DNA of 63,892 nt, the filler included, from a bacterium (GTDB lineage Bacteria; JALSQH01), in the NCBI GenBank assembly GCA_026985515.1. It is 6 parts of 6 records of this genome, joined end to end, with 100 filler letters (N's around TTAATTAATTAA, not from the genome) between each part and the next. Parts side by side here need not be neighbours in the genome. Positions count along the whole stretch, not along the records: positions 6,709 to 20,041 come from JALSQH010000250.1; 5 more parts are not named here. One strand, given 5' to 3'. The notes below the pieces were generated by a model. That model did not search any database and was not told the DNA's origin. It worked only from the letters and a program-made list of their open reading frames with translations. Of this stretch, positions 8,775 through 17,950 are shown one piece after another. Position numbers and translations under genes: made by a program. Within the stretch, counting starts at the first letter, position 1; each line of letters begins with the position of its first letter.

Positions 8775-11306
8775 GTGAAAGTCGTAAAGAACTTGACGTT
8801 TTATCTACTCCTCACTTTTGCTGTTTCTCTGTGGAGTTTCAACATAAAGCAGTATGTAACTTTTACCCCTCCGCAGAAGGGGACCGAAGGCAGTGCACTT
8901 AATTTTACCCTTATCTATTCCGGGCCTGTGGAGGTGGATTTTATCCTTTATTACAGAAGCGGAAATGAAAAGGGCTACAAGACTATTCAGTTCAGCAGGG
9001 GCGAATTTGGGAAATATACTGCCGTGTTGCCATCCTTTGAGGTTCAGACTCCGGGAATCTATTTTTATATTGAGGCGATAGACAGAGAAAATAATTCATA
9101 CAGTATGGCTGGAAGTTATGCTCACCCACTTTATGTTCCAGTTGAGAAGCGGAAGGAAAAAATTTTTCTCCCTGAGGTTGGAAAAGAATTCTCCCCCCTT
9201 GAAGAGGAGTTGACGCTTCTTCAGGCTGAAAATGTAGTTTATACAGCATCGGCCTTTGCTCAGAGTATCCTTGAGTCCCCCGCTTCAATTGTATCCATAT
9301 CATCAGATTATATTGAATTGCTTGGCAGCAAGGATATTGGAGAAATACTGAGGTGGTTACCCGGAATTGATGTGATAAAATTTACACCTGCTGATATACA
9401 GATTGGGGTCAGGGGATTTAACAGGGAGATAACCAATAAACTTCTGACAATGGTTGATGGCAGATCTGTTTATTTTGATTTCTTTGGATTCACCTCCTTT
9501 TCCTCTCTGCCAATTTCCATATTTGATATTGCCAAGATTGAGGTTGTAAAGGGACCTGTTTCAGCCATTTATGGTGCCAACGCATGGAGTGGAGTGATCA
9601 ATATCATTACAAGGGATCCCCGAAAGGAGCAGGGATTGAGATTTTATTTTGGAATGGGATACAATGGAGCAGGTGAATGCAAAAATTTTAAAAAGGGTTT
9701 TCTGTGCCTTAGAAACAATTACGGAAATTACCAGTACGCAACTTATAAGGACAAGCAGTATGTTAGAATCTCCGCAGGGTGGGAAAATAGAAGTGATTTT
9801 GAGCATCCTGCACGTCTCTCAACACCAGAGTTATTTGCGGAGGATCGGGAAAAGGTTAGAAACAGGATAGGCAAGGGAAATGAAAAAATATATGCAAATT
9901 CCACTTTTGGATATGAATTCTCTTCCAGCTTTAATTTGAAGGTTCAGAGTGGATTCTCTCTCATAAAGGGGAACATACTTACAGAACTTTCGCAGTATGG
10001 AACGGAGGGCAATACAGGTTTTATAAAGAGTGAAGTAACCTATAAGATGTTTCAGGCTGTGTTGTTCTGGAATCATTTAAATTCTCTCTCCGCAACTTTT
10101 TTCAGACCTGATACATCTGATTTGACCGGATATATGGGGGACCCCCTTGATGTCGAACCTCTTGTTATGAACAAACATATCATTAATGATGTTTATGACA
10201 TAACTTTAAAGCAGAGAGTTCTGGCTTCGCCCCATAAGTTGAGCTTTGGTGCAGGTTACAGGTTTAACAGGGTTGATGCACCTCACTTCTTCCGGGGAAA
10301 AGTTCACCAGCAGAATCTTTTCAATGCCTTCCTGCTTGATGAAGTAAAATTTGGTTCTCCCCGGAACTGGATAGTTAACGGTGCCATCAGATATGACCAT
10401 CATCCTTTAACGGGTGATCATTTAAGCCCGAGGCTTGCTCTTGTTTACAAAATAAATGATGAACAGGGTCTCAGATTTTCAGCAAGCAGAGCTTTCAGAA
10501 ATCCCACATTTATTGAGTCATATATGGATTTTGAGGTCCCAACTGTCCTTGCAGTTGCTCCTGGAGGCGAAGTACTTGAGCCACCACAGTTTGTTGTTTC
10601 TCCGGTGAAGGCTCGTGTTGTTGGTAACAGGAATCTTGAATCAGAGGTTATTGATGGGTTTGATTTTACCTATCAGTGGCTGAAGGAAAATGTTATTCAC
10701 CTTACCCTTGATGGATTTTACAACAGATTTTACAACCTGATAAGATACCAGACCACTCCTGAGGGAAAAAGCTTTACCAATCTGGGTAAGGGATATGAGT
10801 ATGGTGGAGAAGTTGGTTTAAGATGGTATCTCTCCTCATATTTTGAATTGTGGAGCAACTACTCGTATCAGAGAATTTACAATACCAATGATGATCCAGA
10901 AACGCTTCAGGATGAAAAAGGTGTTGATCCAAGATTTCCACAGCATAAATTTAATCTGGTTCTGTTTGCAAAGTTCAATAAATTCAAATCATCATTCCAG
11001 TTTCACTATGAGAGTAAAAAGGGAAAGTACTTTGATGATGATTTTATTCCCTACAAGTTACCTGCCGTTGATCCCCAGAAGGTGGGGGACAATATTGTGG
11101 GTTATGTGGTTGTATCTCCAGATACTTACTATGAGATCCCTGCTTTTTATATCGTTAACCTAAACTTTCTCTACGATATATCAAAACATTTTCAAATAGG
11201 TGTGTATGTTTACAATCTTTTGAACTATGTACATAAAGAGTTTCCAAGACCAGAGGCTGAAGATATAGGAAGGATTATATATGGTAATCTCAGGGTGGTG
11301 TTTTAA
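8775..11306 (+). CDS. TonB-dependent outer-membrane receptor with N-terminal Ig-like extension (paralog 1)
   Basis: TonB-box-like VVYTAS; plug motifs LRWLPGIDV, GVRGF, MVDGR, IEVVKGPVSAIYGANAWSGVINIITR; barrel motifs SPRLALVY, AFRNPTF; C-terminal Phe. Start moved from 8700 to GTG 8775 (signal peptide and promoter position). Confidence 0.92.
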   Translation: MKVVKNLTFYLLLTFAVSLWSFNIKQYVTFTPPQKGTEGSALNFTLIYSGPVEVDFILYYRSGNEKGYKTIQFSRGEFGKYTAVLPSFEVQTPGIYFYIEAIDRENNSYSMAGSYAHPLYVPVEKRKEKIFLPEVGKEFSPLEEELTLLQAENVVYTASAFAQSILESPASIVSISSDYIELLGSKDIGEILRWLPGIDVIKFTPADIQIGVRGFNREITNKLLTMVDGRSVYFDFFGFTSFSSLPISIFDIAKIEVVKGPVSAIYGANAWSGVINIITRDPRKEQGLRFYFGMGYNGAGECKNFKKGFLCLRNNYGNYQYATYKDKQYVRISAGWENRSDFEHPARLSTPELFAEDREKVRNRIGKGNEKIYANSTFGYEFSSSFNLKVQSGFSLIKGNILTELSQYGTEGNTGFIKSEVTYKMFQAVLFWNHLNSLSATFFRPDTSDLTGYMGDPLDVEPLVMNKHIINDVYDITLKQRVLASPHKLSFGAGYRFNRVDAPHFFRGKVHQQNLFNAFLLDEVKFGSPRNWIVNGAIRYDHHPLTGDHLSPRLALVYKINDEQGLRFSASRAFRNPTFIESYMDFEVPTVLAVAPGGEVLEPPQFVVSPVKARVVGNRNLESEVIDGFDFTYQWLKENVIHLTLDGFYNRFYNLIRYQTTPEGKSFTNLGKGYEYGGEVGLRWYLSSYFELWSNYSYQRIYNTNDDPETLQDEKGVDPRFPQHKFNLVLFAKFNKFKSSFQFHYESKKGKYFDDDFIPYKLPAVDPQKVGDNIVGYVVVSPDTYYEIPAFYIVNLNFLYDISKHFQIGVYVYNLLNYVHKEFPRPEAEDIGRIIYGNLRVVF

Positions 11307-11307
11307 A

Positions 11308-13785
11308 ATGGTGAGGAGATTGATTTTGTCCCTTCTCATTTTTACAGGGCTTTATTCCCTATTGTGGGGAGGCGTTACTCTCCTCTATCATAATCCACCT
11401 GCTGAAGTGAGTGAGGGACAGAGCATAAATATTTCTGTTGATTTGAAAGGATATGAGAATGTCAGAAATGTGATAGTGTTTTTCAGGGGAGCCAATGAAA
11501 CTGCATACAAGGCGGCTTTGCTTTTTCCAAAAGAAAAGCCTGGACACTATGAGGGTATTATTCCTGCATCTGAAGTACTTCCCCCCGGGTTATACTACTA
11601 CATTGTGGTCAGAACCACGGATTATAAACTGGTGCCCGTTTTTGCAAGCAGTCAGGTACCGCAGTATGTCAGGGTTAAGCCCAAGAAGGAAGAAGTGGTT
11701 CTGGGAGGGGAACTTGAATCATATCTTGAACAGGGACTTTCGGAAGAGGTCACCTATTTCAAATCTGAGGAAGAAGTAAAATCTGCCTCAGGGTTTAAAC
11801 AGAAGAGGAGCGAAGCACCAGCCTCAACATATGTCATGTACAGAAGGGACCTCCTCAAACTGGGAACATTTTTCCCTTGTGACTCCTTTTTCTATGTGCC
11901 TGGAATCAGGGTCGTGAGGATAAACGCTTCTGATATAGAACCTGGAATGAGGGGGCTTGCAACTGAGGGGAATAAGAGGATTCTGACTCTGGTTGATGAC
12001 AGGCCCGGTTATGTGGCTTTTATTGGTATCACTCCCTATGTTACTCTTCCCTTTTACATTATGGATGTTGATAAGATAGAATTTGTAAAGGGTCCTGTTT
12101 CCACAATTTATGGTCCAAATGCGTATTCGGGAGCCATCAATATTATTTTGAGGGATCCTCATAAGGACCCGGGAACATATTTTTACTTCGCCATTGGAGA
12201 TAGGGGGCTTAAAAGCAGTGTGGGAGAAATATCCTCAGCAGATGTTGAGGGGAAGATCTTTCACCGTGTTTCTGTGGGGTGGCAGAGGTATGAGGAGTTC
12301 AGTAAGGTGAAAGTCCCTCAGTTTATCAGCGGGGTGAATAACCCAGTTAAGGTGTACTGGGGTGATTACATGGTTGGGAGGGACCTGGAAGATGGTTACA
12401 TCAAGTTCTCAAATGGGTTAAATTACATTTATGCTGAAACTGCTGCCAGATCCTTTCTCTTTCAGAACTACTATGGTTACTTTGGTTATGGAAGGGTGGA
12501 TTTTAAGAAGAAGGATGTAAGAATTATGAGTTTTCTCAATTACTATGATACTGGTATAAAGGCTTATATCAAACCTGACACTTCTGGATTAACAGGGTAT
12601 ATGGGTGAATCTCTTGATCTTGAACCCAACATAATCAATTCCTATGTTAGAGGAGCACTTGGAGATGTGGACCTTATTTACACAGCTACGTTCAGCGACA
12701 ATTACAAGCTGAGATTCACTGCCAATTATACCTATAACTACATAAATGCTCCTCAAATCTTTACACAGAGTTACAGCCAGAACCTCTATGGTTTCTCAGC
12801 CCTCAACGAGGATAAATTTTTCAATGAAAAGCTGATCTTAAACTTCTCAGTCAGGTACGATTATCATCCCATTACCAAGGAACACTTCAGTCCCAGGCTT
12901 GCTGTAGTGTACAGACCTGCAGAAAGGCAGACGCTCAGATTCGTGGCGAGCAGTGCATACAGGAATCCAACCTTTGTTGAATCCAATGTTGATTTTGATG
13001 TGCCCACAGTGGTGCCTGTGGCTCCGGGAGGGGAGATGTTATCTCCGCCACAATTTGTTGTATCACCCATACCTGCCAGGGTGAAGGGGAATGAGAAGAT
13101 AAAGGCTGAAACTGTTTACAGCGGAGAAATTGATTACGAGGGTATGTTCTTTGGTGATCTGAAACTTAATCTTGATCTTTATTACAACAAATATCGCGAT
13201 CTGATTGACATGCACCAGACACCTGAAGGTTACACCTTTGATAATCTTGGAAATGCTCACGGCTATGGTGTGGAATTTCTGGTGGACTGGTTACCATTTG
13301 ATCAATGGAGGTTTTTTGTAAATTACTCCTTCTCCAGAACTTACAATGAATTTGACAACCCCTATACTTATCAGAATGAAAAGGGACTTAGCAGGCTTTA
13401 TCCCGAGCATATAGCCAATGCCGGTGTTTTCTTCATACCCGAGAAGTGGGAAGTTTCCCTTCTTTTTCACTATGAATCTAAAATTGAAGGCTACAGAGAC
13501 GAGGATAATATACCTTATATTTTCCCCGTTGTTGATCCGACAAAAGTGGGTGAAAATGGAAAACCTGTGATTATTGGATTGTATCCTGCAGGTACTCCCG
13601 ATGTTAAATATGTTCTTCCATCGTACTATCTTTTGAGAGCGAGAATTGCGTATCTGCCAAATGATAAACTCACCCTTTTCCTCGTGGGGCAAAATATCCT
13701 GAACTACAAACATTACGAATGGCCCAGGGATATTTCTGAAGAGATTGGATGGAGGGCTTTTGGAGGGGTTATCTATAAATTTTAG
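11308..13785 (+). CDS. TonB-dependent outer-membrane receptor with N-terminal Ig-like extension (paralog 2)
   Basis: EEVKSAS; IEFVKGPVSTIYGPNAYSGAINII; SPRLAVVY, AYRNPTF; C-terminal YKF; ATG 11308 follows the upstream stop with a 1-nt gap. Confidence 0.92.
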   Translation: MVRRLILSLLIFTGLYSLLWGGVTLLYHNPPAEVSEGQSINISVDLKGYENVRNVIVFFRGANETAYKAALLFPKEKPGHYEGIIPASEVLPPGLYYYIVVRTTDYKLVPVFASSQVPQYVRVKPKKEEVVLGGELESYLEQGLSEEVTYFKSEEEVKSASGFKQKRSEAPASTYVMYRRDLLKLGTFFPCDSFFYVPGIRVVRINASDIEPGMRGLATEGNKRILTLVDDRPGYVAFIGITPYVTLPFYIMDVDKIEFVKGPVSTIYGPNAYSGAINIILRDPHKDPGTYFYFAIGDRGLKSSVGEISSADVEGKIFHRVSVGWQRYEEFSKVKVPQFISGVNNPVKVYWGDYMVGRDLEDGYIKFSNGLNYIYAETAARSFLFQNYYGYFGYGRVDFKKKDVRIMSFLNYYDTGIKAYIKPDTSGLTGYMGESLDLEPNIINSYVRGALGDVDLIYTATFSDNYKLRFTANYTYNYINAPQIFTQSYSQNLYGFSALNEDKFFNEKLILNFSVRYDYHPITKEHFSPRLAVVYRPAERQTLRFVASSAYRNPTFVESNVDFDVPTVVPVAPGGEMLSPPQFVVSPIPARVKGNEKIKAETVYSGEIDYEGMFFGDLKLNLDLYYNKYRDLIDMHQTPEGYTFDNLGNAHGYGVEFLVDWLPFDQWRFFVNYSFSRTYNEFDNPYTYQNEKGLSRLYPEHIANAGVFFIPEKWEVSLLFHYESKIEGYRDEDNIPYIFPVVDPTKVGENGKPVIIGLYPAGTPDVKYVLPSYYLLRARIAYLPNDKLTLFLVGQNILNYKHYEWPRDISEEIGWRAFGGVIYKF

Positions 13786-13800
13786 AAGGAGTACAGGATC

Positions 13801-16209
13801 ATGAGAAAGATATTTGCGGCACTCATTATTGGAGTGTTTGTTATAGCAGGATGTAACAAAACTGCTGAAATGGAAAGGGTGGAATATAGACCTTCCCTCA
13901 AGGTAAAACCGGGAGACTACATAATTCCCGTTTTTGATCCTGATAATATGAGAATTCCTTTTCCCAATGATCTACTTATTGATAAGACTACTGGAAAAGT
14001 TAACATACCAGTTTTACCCACTGATACACAGGCTGAAACGATGATGAAGTGGCAGTTGAACACCCTTGATGGTTTCAGTACATCCACGACAATTTATGTT
14101 GACTTCACTTATCCCATTTCTCTGACAAGTGTTGAGGGAAATGTCCTTATAATAAATACAAAAAAATTCACCTCAGCCATTGTTTCAGGATCTCCTGTGA
14201 CAGATGCAATTGTACCGTTCACTGCTGAATTCGAGCCTCTTGGGGGAAAGAACAGGTTGATCCTTCATCCACTTCACCTCCTGGAACCTTCTACCCAGTA
14301 TGTTGTGATACTCAAAAAAGGCATAAGAGGAATCAACGGGAAGGAGGTCAGTCCTTCACCTGTGTATCTGTTCCTGAAGAATGACAAACCTCTGTATAAT
14401 AAAGCCACCAGTTCATCAACTCTACCAGCCCTCAGTGATGAAGAGGCAAAACAGCTTGAGGAGATGAGGGAACAGCTTCAGGATCTTTTCACAGGACTTG
14501 AAAAAACCGGTCTCGCAACGAAAGATGATATTCTCTTCCTCTGGAGTTTTACCACACTTTCTGTGGGAAAAACTCTGAAAAAAATAGTAACAGGGATTGT
14601 AGAGGAATCTCAGAGGAACCCATCAGAATTTGAAGCTTCATTTGACGATGGTGAGTCTAAAATTGTACCGGCGATTTGCGTCTATGCTCCTGATCTGAGA
14701 CCGGATCTGTGTGGTGCTCTCCAGCCTGATCCACATCTCAGAGCTCTCTATGACCTGTTTGTATCTTCTGGATATGGTCTTCAGGTAAGCTGGGTTGTGG
14801 AAGGTTACTTTTACACCAGGAATTACAGGGCGTTGCTGGGGTATTTTTCTGATGATCTTTCATATCTTCCTGAGAAAATACGTTTTATTCTTACGATTCC
14901 CTCGGGAAGAACCCTTGAGTCCATGCGTGGGATGGCACAGCCTGTAACTGATCCATTTCCTGTAATTATTTACCAGCATGGAATTACCAGAAACAAAAAT
15001 GATATTTTTCTGGTAGCAAATGGCTTTGCCCTCGCCGGGTTTGCCACCTTCGCCATTGACCTTCCTGACCATGGTGAGAGAAGAGAGGGGGATGTGGACA
15101 TAAATGGAGATGGAACACCAGATGGTGACAGGTTCATTGATCCTTCCAATATTCTTACCACCAGAGACAGAATGAGGCAGGCTGTTGTGGATCTTGAGAT
15201 ACTGACACAGGTCATCAAGCACTGGAAATTTGATGTTTTTTACAGCAGTGACAATACAAACTGGACAGGATACGGAAATGGAGTAACTGATTTACCGGCA
15301 AAGAATCCATACACCGGGGAGGATGAAATATACTTTGTGGGTCATTCTCTTGGTGCTATCATTGGTGGAGTTTTTATGGCAATGTCACCAGATGTTAAGG
15401 TTGGAGTTCTCAATTCTGGTGGTGGTGAAGTGGCCAGGCTAATTGCCACTTCTCCAGCCTTTGCAGGGTTTATGATGCAGAGCATAGCAGGAACTCTGGG
15501 CATGGATGTGAATTCAAATCAGTTTAAACAGTTCTGGTATGATTACATCAATTCAGTTCAGTGGATAGTAGATGGTGCAGATCCTGCAAATTATGCAAGG
15601 TACTGGTCCATGGAGCCTCTTTATACTGCCGGTAATCAGCCTGTTATAAAAAAGATTCTTCTGGTAGGGTCGAGATTTGATCCTGTGGTACCTGATGCAA
15701 ACAGAGACCTGCTGGCAGTTGAAGGTGGATTGATAAGTGATTATTCAGATTTACTAACTGAATCGGTGCTTCCTCCATCTCTACCTCTCGATAAAGGTGG
15801 GTATGTAGTGTTGAATTCCTATAAATCTTACACTGTAGATGTGACCTCCCTTCCTCCCTACTTTTCTCCTTATATTGTTGATGGGCAATTAAATATTGGT
15901 TCCCCCAGTCTTCTTCTCACCCCAGCAAGGGTAAATCCGGATCTCTCCCTTGCAGATTGTACCCCAGCTGATCCCACAGGTTGTGTAGCATATTTGCCGT
16001 TTTATCTTGAAATGTACAATGAGATGGATTCATTCCTTGCCACAGGTGGGAATTATATCAAGATTTCATCAAAATCTGATTATCTCCCTGATACTGCCAC
16101 CTGTACCTATCTTGGCAGCAATCCCGCCATGTGTACAGATCCACGCTATCAGCTTGCATGTTACCTGTGCCAGTACTGGGATGTTCCCCTTGTGTGGGAC
16201 GGCAGGTAG
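13801..16209 (+). CDS. Pla-1/VolA-like lipase-fold lipoprotein (Ig-like N-domain + alpha/beta hydrolase), apparently lacking the catalytic His
   Basis: Lipobox IAGC; PFPNDLL, LNTLDGFST, PVIIYQHGIT, AIDLPDHGER, RDRMRQAVVDL, nucleophile GHSLG, FDPVVP; no His anywhere after GHSLG. Confidence 0.85.
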   Translation: MRKIFAALIIGVFVIAGCNKTAEMERVEYRPSLKVKPGDYIIPVFDPDNMRIPFPNDLLIDKTTGKVNIPVLPTDTQAETMMKWQLNTLDGFSTSTTIYVDFTYPISLTSVEGNVLIINTKKFTSAIVSGSPVTDAIVPFTAEFEPLGGKNRLILHPLHLLEPSTQYVVILKKGIRGINGKEVSPSPVYLFLKNDKPLYNKATSSSTLPALSDEEAKQLEEMREQLQDLFTGLEKTGLATKDDILFLWSFTTLSVGKTLKKIVTGIVEESQRNPSEFEASFDDGESKIVPAICVYAPDLRPDLCGALQPDPHLRALYDLFVSSGYGLQVSWVVEGYFYTRNYRALLGYFSDDLSYLPEKIRFILTIPSGRTLESMRGMAQPVTDPFPVIIYQHGITRNKNDIFLVANGFALAGFATFAIDLPDHGERREGDVDINGDGTPDGDRFIDPSNILTTRDRMRQAVVDLEILTQVIKHWKFDVFYSSDNTNWTGYGNGVTDLPAKNPYTGEDEIYFVGHSLGAIIGGVFMAMSPDVKVGVLNSGGGEVARLIATSPAFAGFMMQSIAGTLGMDVNSNQFKQFWYDYINSVQWIVDGADPANYARYWSMEPLYTAGNQPVIKKILLVGSRFDPVVPDANRDLLAVEGGLISDYSDLLTESVLPPSLPLDKGGYVVLNSYKSYTVDVTSLPPYFSPYIVDGQLNIGSPSLLLTPARVNPDLSLADCTPADPTGCVAYLPFYLEMYNEMDSFLATGGNYIKISSKSDYLPDTATCTYLGSNPAMCTDPRYQLACYLCQYWDVPLVWDGR

Positions 16210-16325
16210 ATGTTAGTTTAGCAATTCTCTTGAATGAAAAAACGGGTTTTTAAACTGCTTGTATCTCTGGAGTCTACTCAGAAAAAAGATATGTGGATGT
16301 TTTAAAAATTTTTAGAAAACTAAAA

Positions 16326-16401
16326 TGGTGGGCAGGGACGGAATCGAACCGCCGACACAGGGATTTTCAGTCCCTTGCTCTACCGACTGAGCTACCTGCC
16401 C
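16326..16401 (-). tRNA. tRNA-Phe (GAA), CCA encoded
   Basis: 76-nt cloverleaf GGGCAGG...CTGAAAA anticodon loop...GGTTCGATTCC...CCTGCCCACCA. Confidence 0.98.
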
Positions 16402-16411
16402 ACCGAAACTT

Positions 16412-16439
16412 AGTTTATAAAATTGCACTGGTCTGTCAA
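16412..16439 (-). promoter_or_regulatory. sigma70 promoter of tRNA-Phe
   Basis: TTGACA-16 nt-TAAACT. Confidence 0.6.
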
Positions 16440-16463
16440 GTAAAGAGAGATTTTTCTTTAAGT

Positions 16464-17360
16464 TCAGTAAATTACCTTCACTCCCTGCAGCCAGTCTACC
16501 TTATCTTTTATTGCCTGGTAGTATGAAGGATCCTTCATGATAATGGTTATTCTATTTGCCTCTCCAGTGTAGAATTCATTCCAGGTCGTTTTGGGAAAGT
16601 AAGCAAGAAGCAGGGTGAAATGATCTGGCGTGTTTTCCAGCATCTTGAAAACTTCAAATCCGGTTACCTGTTCCACAATGGATTGATAAACTTTTCCCGG
16701 AATTAATTTTTTCGCTACCTGGAGATATTTGGCTTTGTCCTCTATCGTTGTAATTGGATTCCCATATGGATATCTTTTACCTGTAGGTGTCCATGTAAAA
16801 TTCTTGCTTTTTTTATCGTATGTTACAATAAATAATCTTGCCTGATATTTTTGGGCAATATATTTTAGATTTTCTCCTTTTGAAAGATCTTTGAGAAATG
16901 AAACGGCTCTCTTAAAGCTCTTCCTGTGGGCTTCAGGATTTCCATTGTATATCTTTGAAAAGAGTTTTCTAGTGGCAAGCTGGGGAATAACAAAATCTTT
17001 AAAGAGTAGTTTTTTGTTGTTATTGAAAATCTCATTAAGTAATTGCGGTGAATCACATTTTTTTAACAATTCCTGCTGCTCTTTTTCTGTTATCTCCTTT
17101 TCAAGATCGCAACCCCAGTTTCTGCAAATTTCTTCTGAGATCAGACCCTTCAAAAGATATGTGAATGCAGCCTCATCACTCATTTTTTCACTCAGATCTG
17201 GAAAACATGCTTCAATGGCACTTCTCGTGAGCTGAATATCTCTTTCAAATATTATGGTTTTTCCGACTCTTCCTACAAGACTTGTCTCTGGAACTTTAAT
17301 TTTACTGCATCCTGCAAGAAGCAAAAGAATAACTTGAAATGAAATGATAAATTTCTTCAT
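16464..17360 (-). CDS. Lipoprotein, divergent PrsA/SurA-like foldase
   Basis: Lipobox LAGC; VGRVGKTII (SurA/PrsA N-like), LSKGENLKYIAQKYQ and LIPGKVYQSIVEQVTGFEVFK resemble parvulin flanks; SD GGAGG before ATG 17360. Confidence 0.6.
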   Translation of the reverse strand: MKKFIISFQVILLLLAGCSKIKVPETSLVGRVGKTIIFERDIQLTRSAIEACFPDLSEKMSDEAAFTYLLKGLISEEICRNWGCDLEKEITEKEQQELLKKCDSPQLLNEIFNNNKKLLFKDFVIPQLATRKLFSKIYNGNPEAHRKSFKRAVSFLKDLSKGENLKYIAQKYQARLFIVTYDKKSKNFTWTPTGKRYPYGNPITTIEDKAKYLQVAKKLIPGKVYQSIVEQVTGFEVFKMLENTPDHFTLLLAYFPKTTWNEFYTGEANRITIIMKDPSYYQAIKDKVDWLQGVKVIY

Positions 17361-17425
17361 CAATCCTCCCCAGATTTTTGAATAAATTATAATTGATGTT
17401 TGGGGATTTCGCAAGAAGTTAAAGT

Positions 17426-17459
17426 AAAATAAGGGCGGGTAACCCCGCCCTCTTTTTTT
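17426..17459. terminator. Rho-independent terminator (potentially bidirectional)
   Basis: AGGGCGGG-TAAC-CCCGCCCT stem with T/A tracts on both sides, right at the stop of 17458-17823. Confidence 0.85.
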
Positions 17460-17823
17460 ACTGGAATGTAACTAATCTGATGAGAAAGTAGAGGAGTGCA
17501 TACCATGGAAAAGCTGCAGCCACATTGAGAAGTATGGAGAAAATCCTGCACCAGTTTCCTGCTTTTTTACTGAAAATACTCCAGACAATACCTGCAAGTG
17601 TTGCAACCAGCATGTAAATAAATACCACTTCCAGATTCACACTGTTGAGAGATCTGTTGATAATCGCTCCTTCCGGCAGGAAAAGATAGCCATAACTTAT
17701 GACCACATTGACAATTCCAAACCAGATTATCCCAGGAACTGATGAAAGAGCCTCTTTTACTTTCTCCCAGATGCCCTCAATTTGCGATACTTCTTTTGCA
17801 ACTACTTTTTTCATTGTTGCCAT
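17458..17823 (-). CDS. Hypothetical membrane protein (about 3 TM)
   Basis: Three hydrophobic segments; SD AGGAGG; followed by terminator. Confidence 0.75.
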   Translation of the reverse strand: MATMKKVVAKEVSQIEGIWEKVKEALSSVPGIIWFGIVNVVISYGYLFLPEGAIINRSLNSVNLEVVFIYMLVATLAGIVWSIFSKKAGNWCRIFSILLNVAAAFPWYALLYFLIRLVTFQ

Positions 17824-17950
17824 CTTTAACCTCCTTTTTTTCTTGATAAGAATTTAACACATTGCGTCAAAAAAATCAAGTAAAAATTGACACGATATGT
17901 TAAGGAGTTATGAAAAATTACCTTTCTGGCAAGAAAAACAGAGAAAATGT

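Noticed and set aside
16156-16173. CYLCQ as a heme c attachment site
   Set aside because: CxxCH requires His; Gln is present.
7076-16401. TonB locus as a genomic island integrated at the tRNA-Phe 3' end
   Set aside because: No integrase, no duplicated tRNA 3' end seen, and no obvious compositional shift.
16293-16526. 77-aa ORF containing WWAGTESNRRHRDFQS
   Set aside because: Antisense translation of tRNA-Phe.
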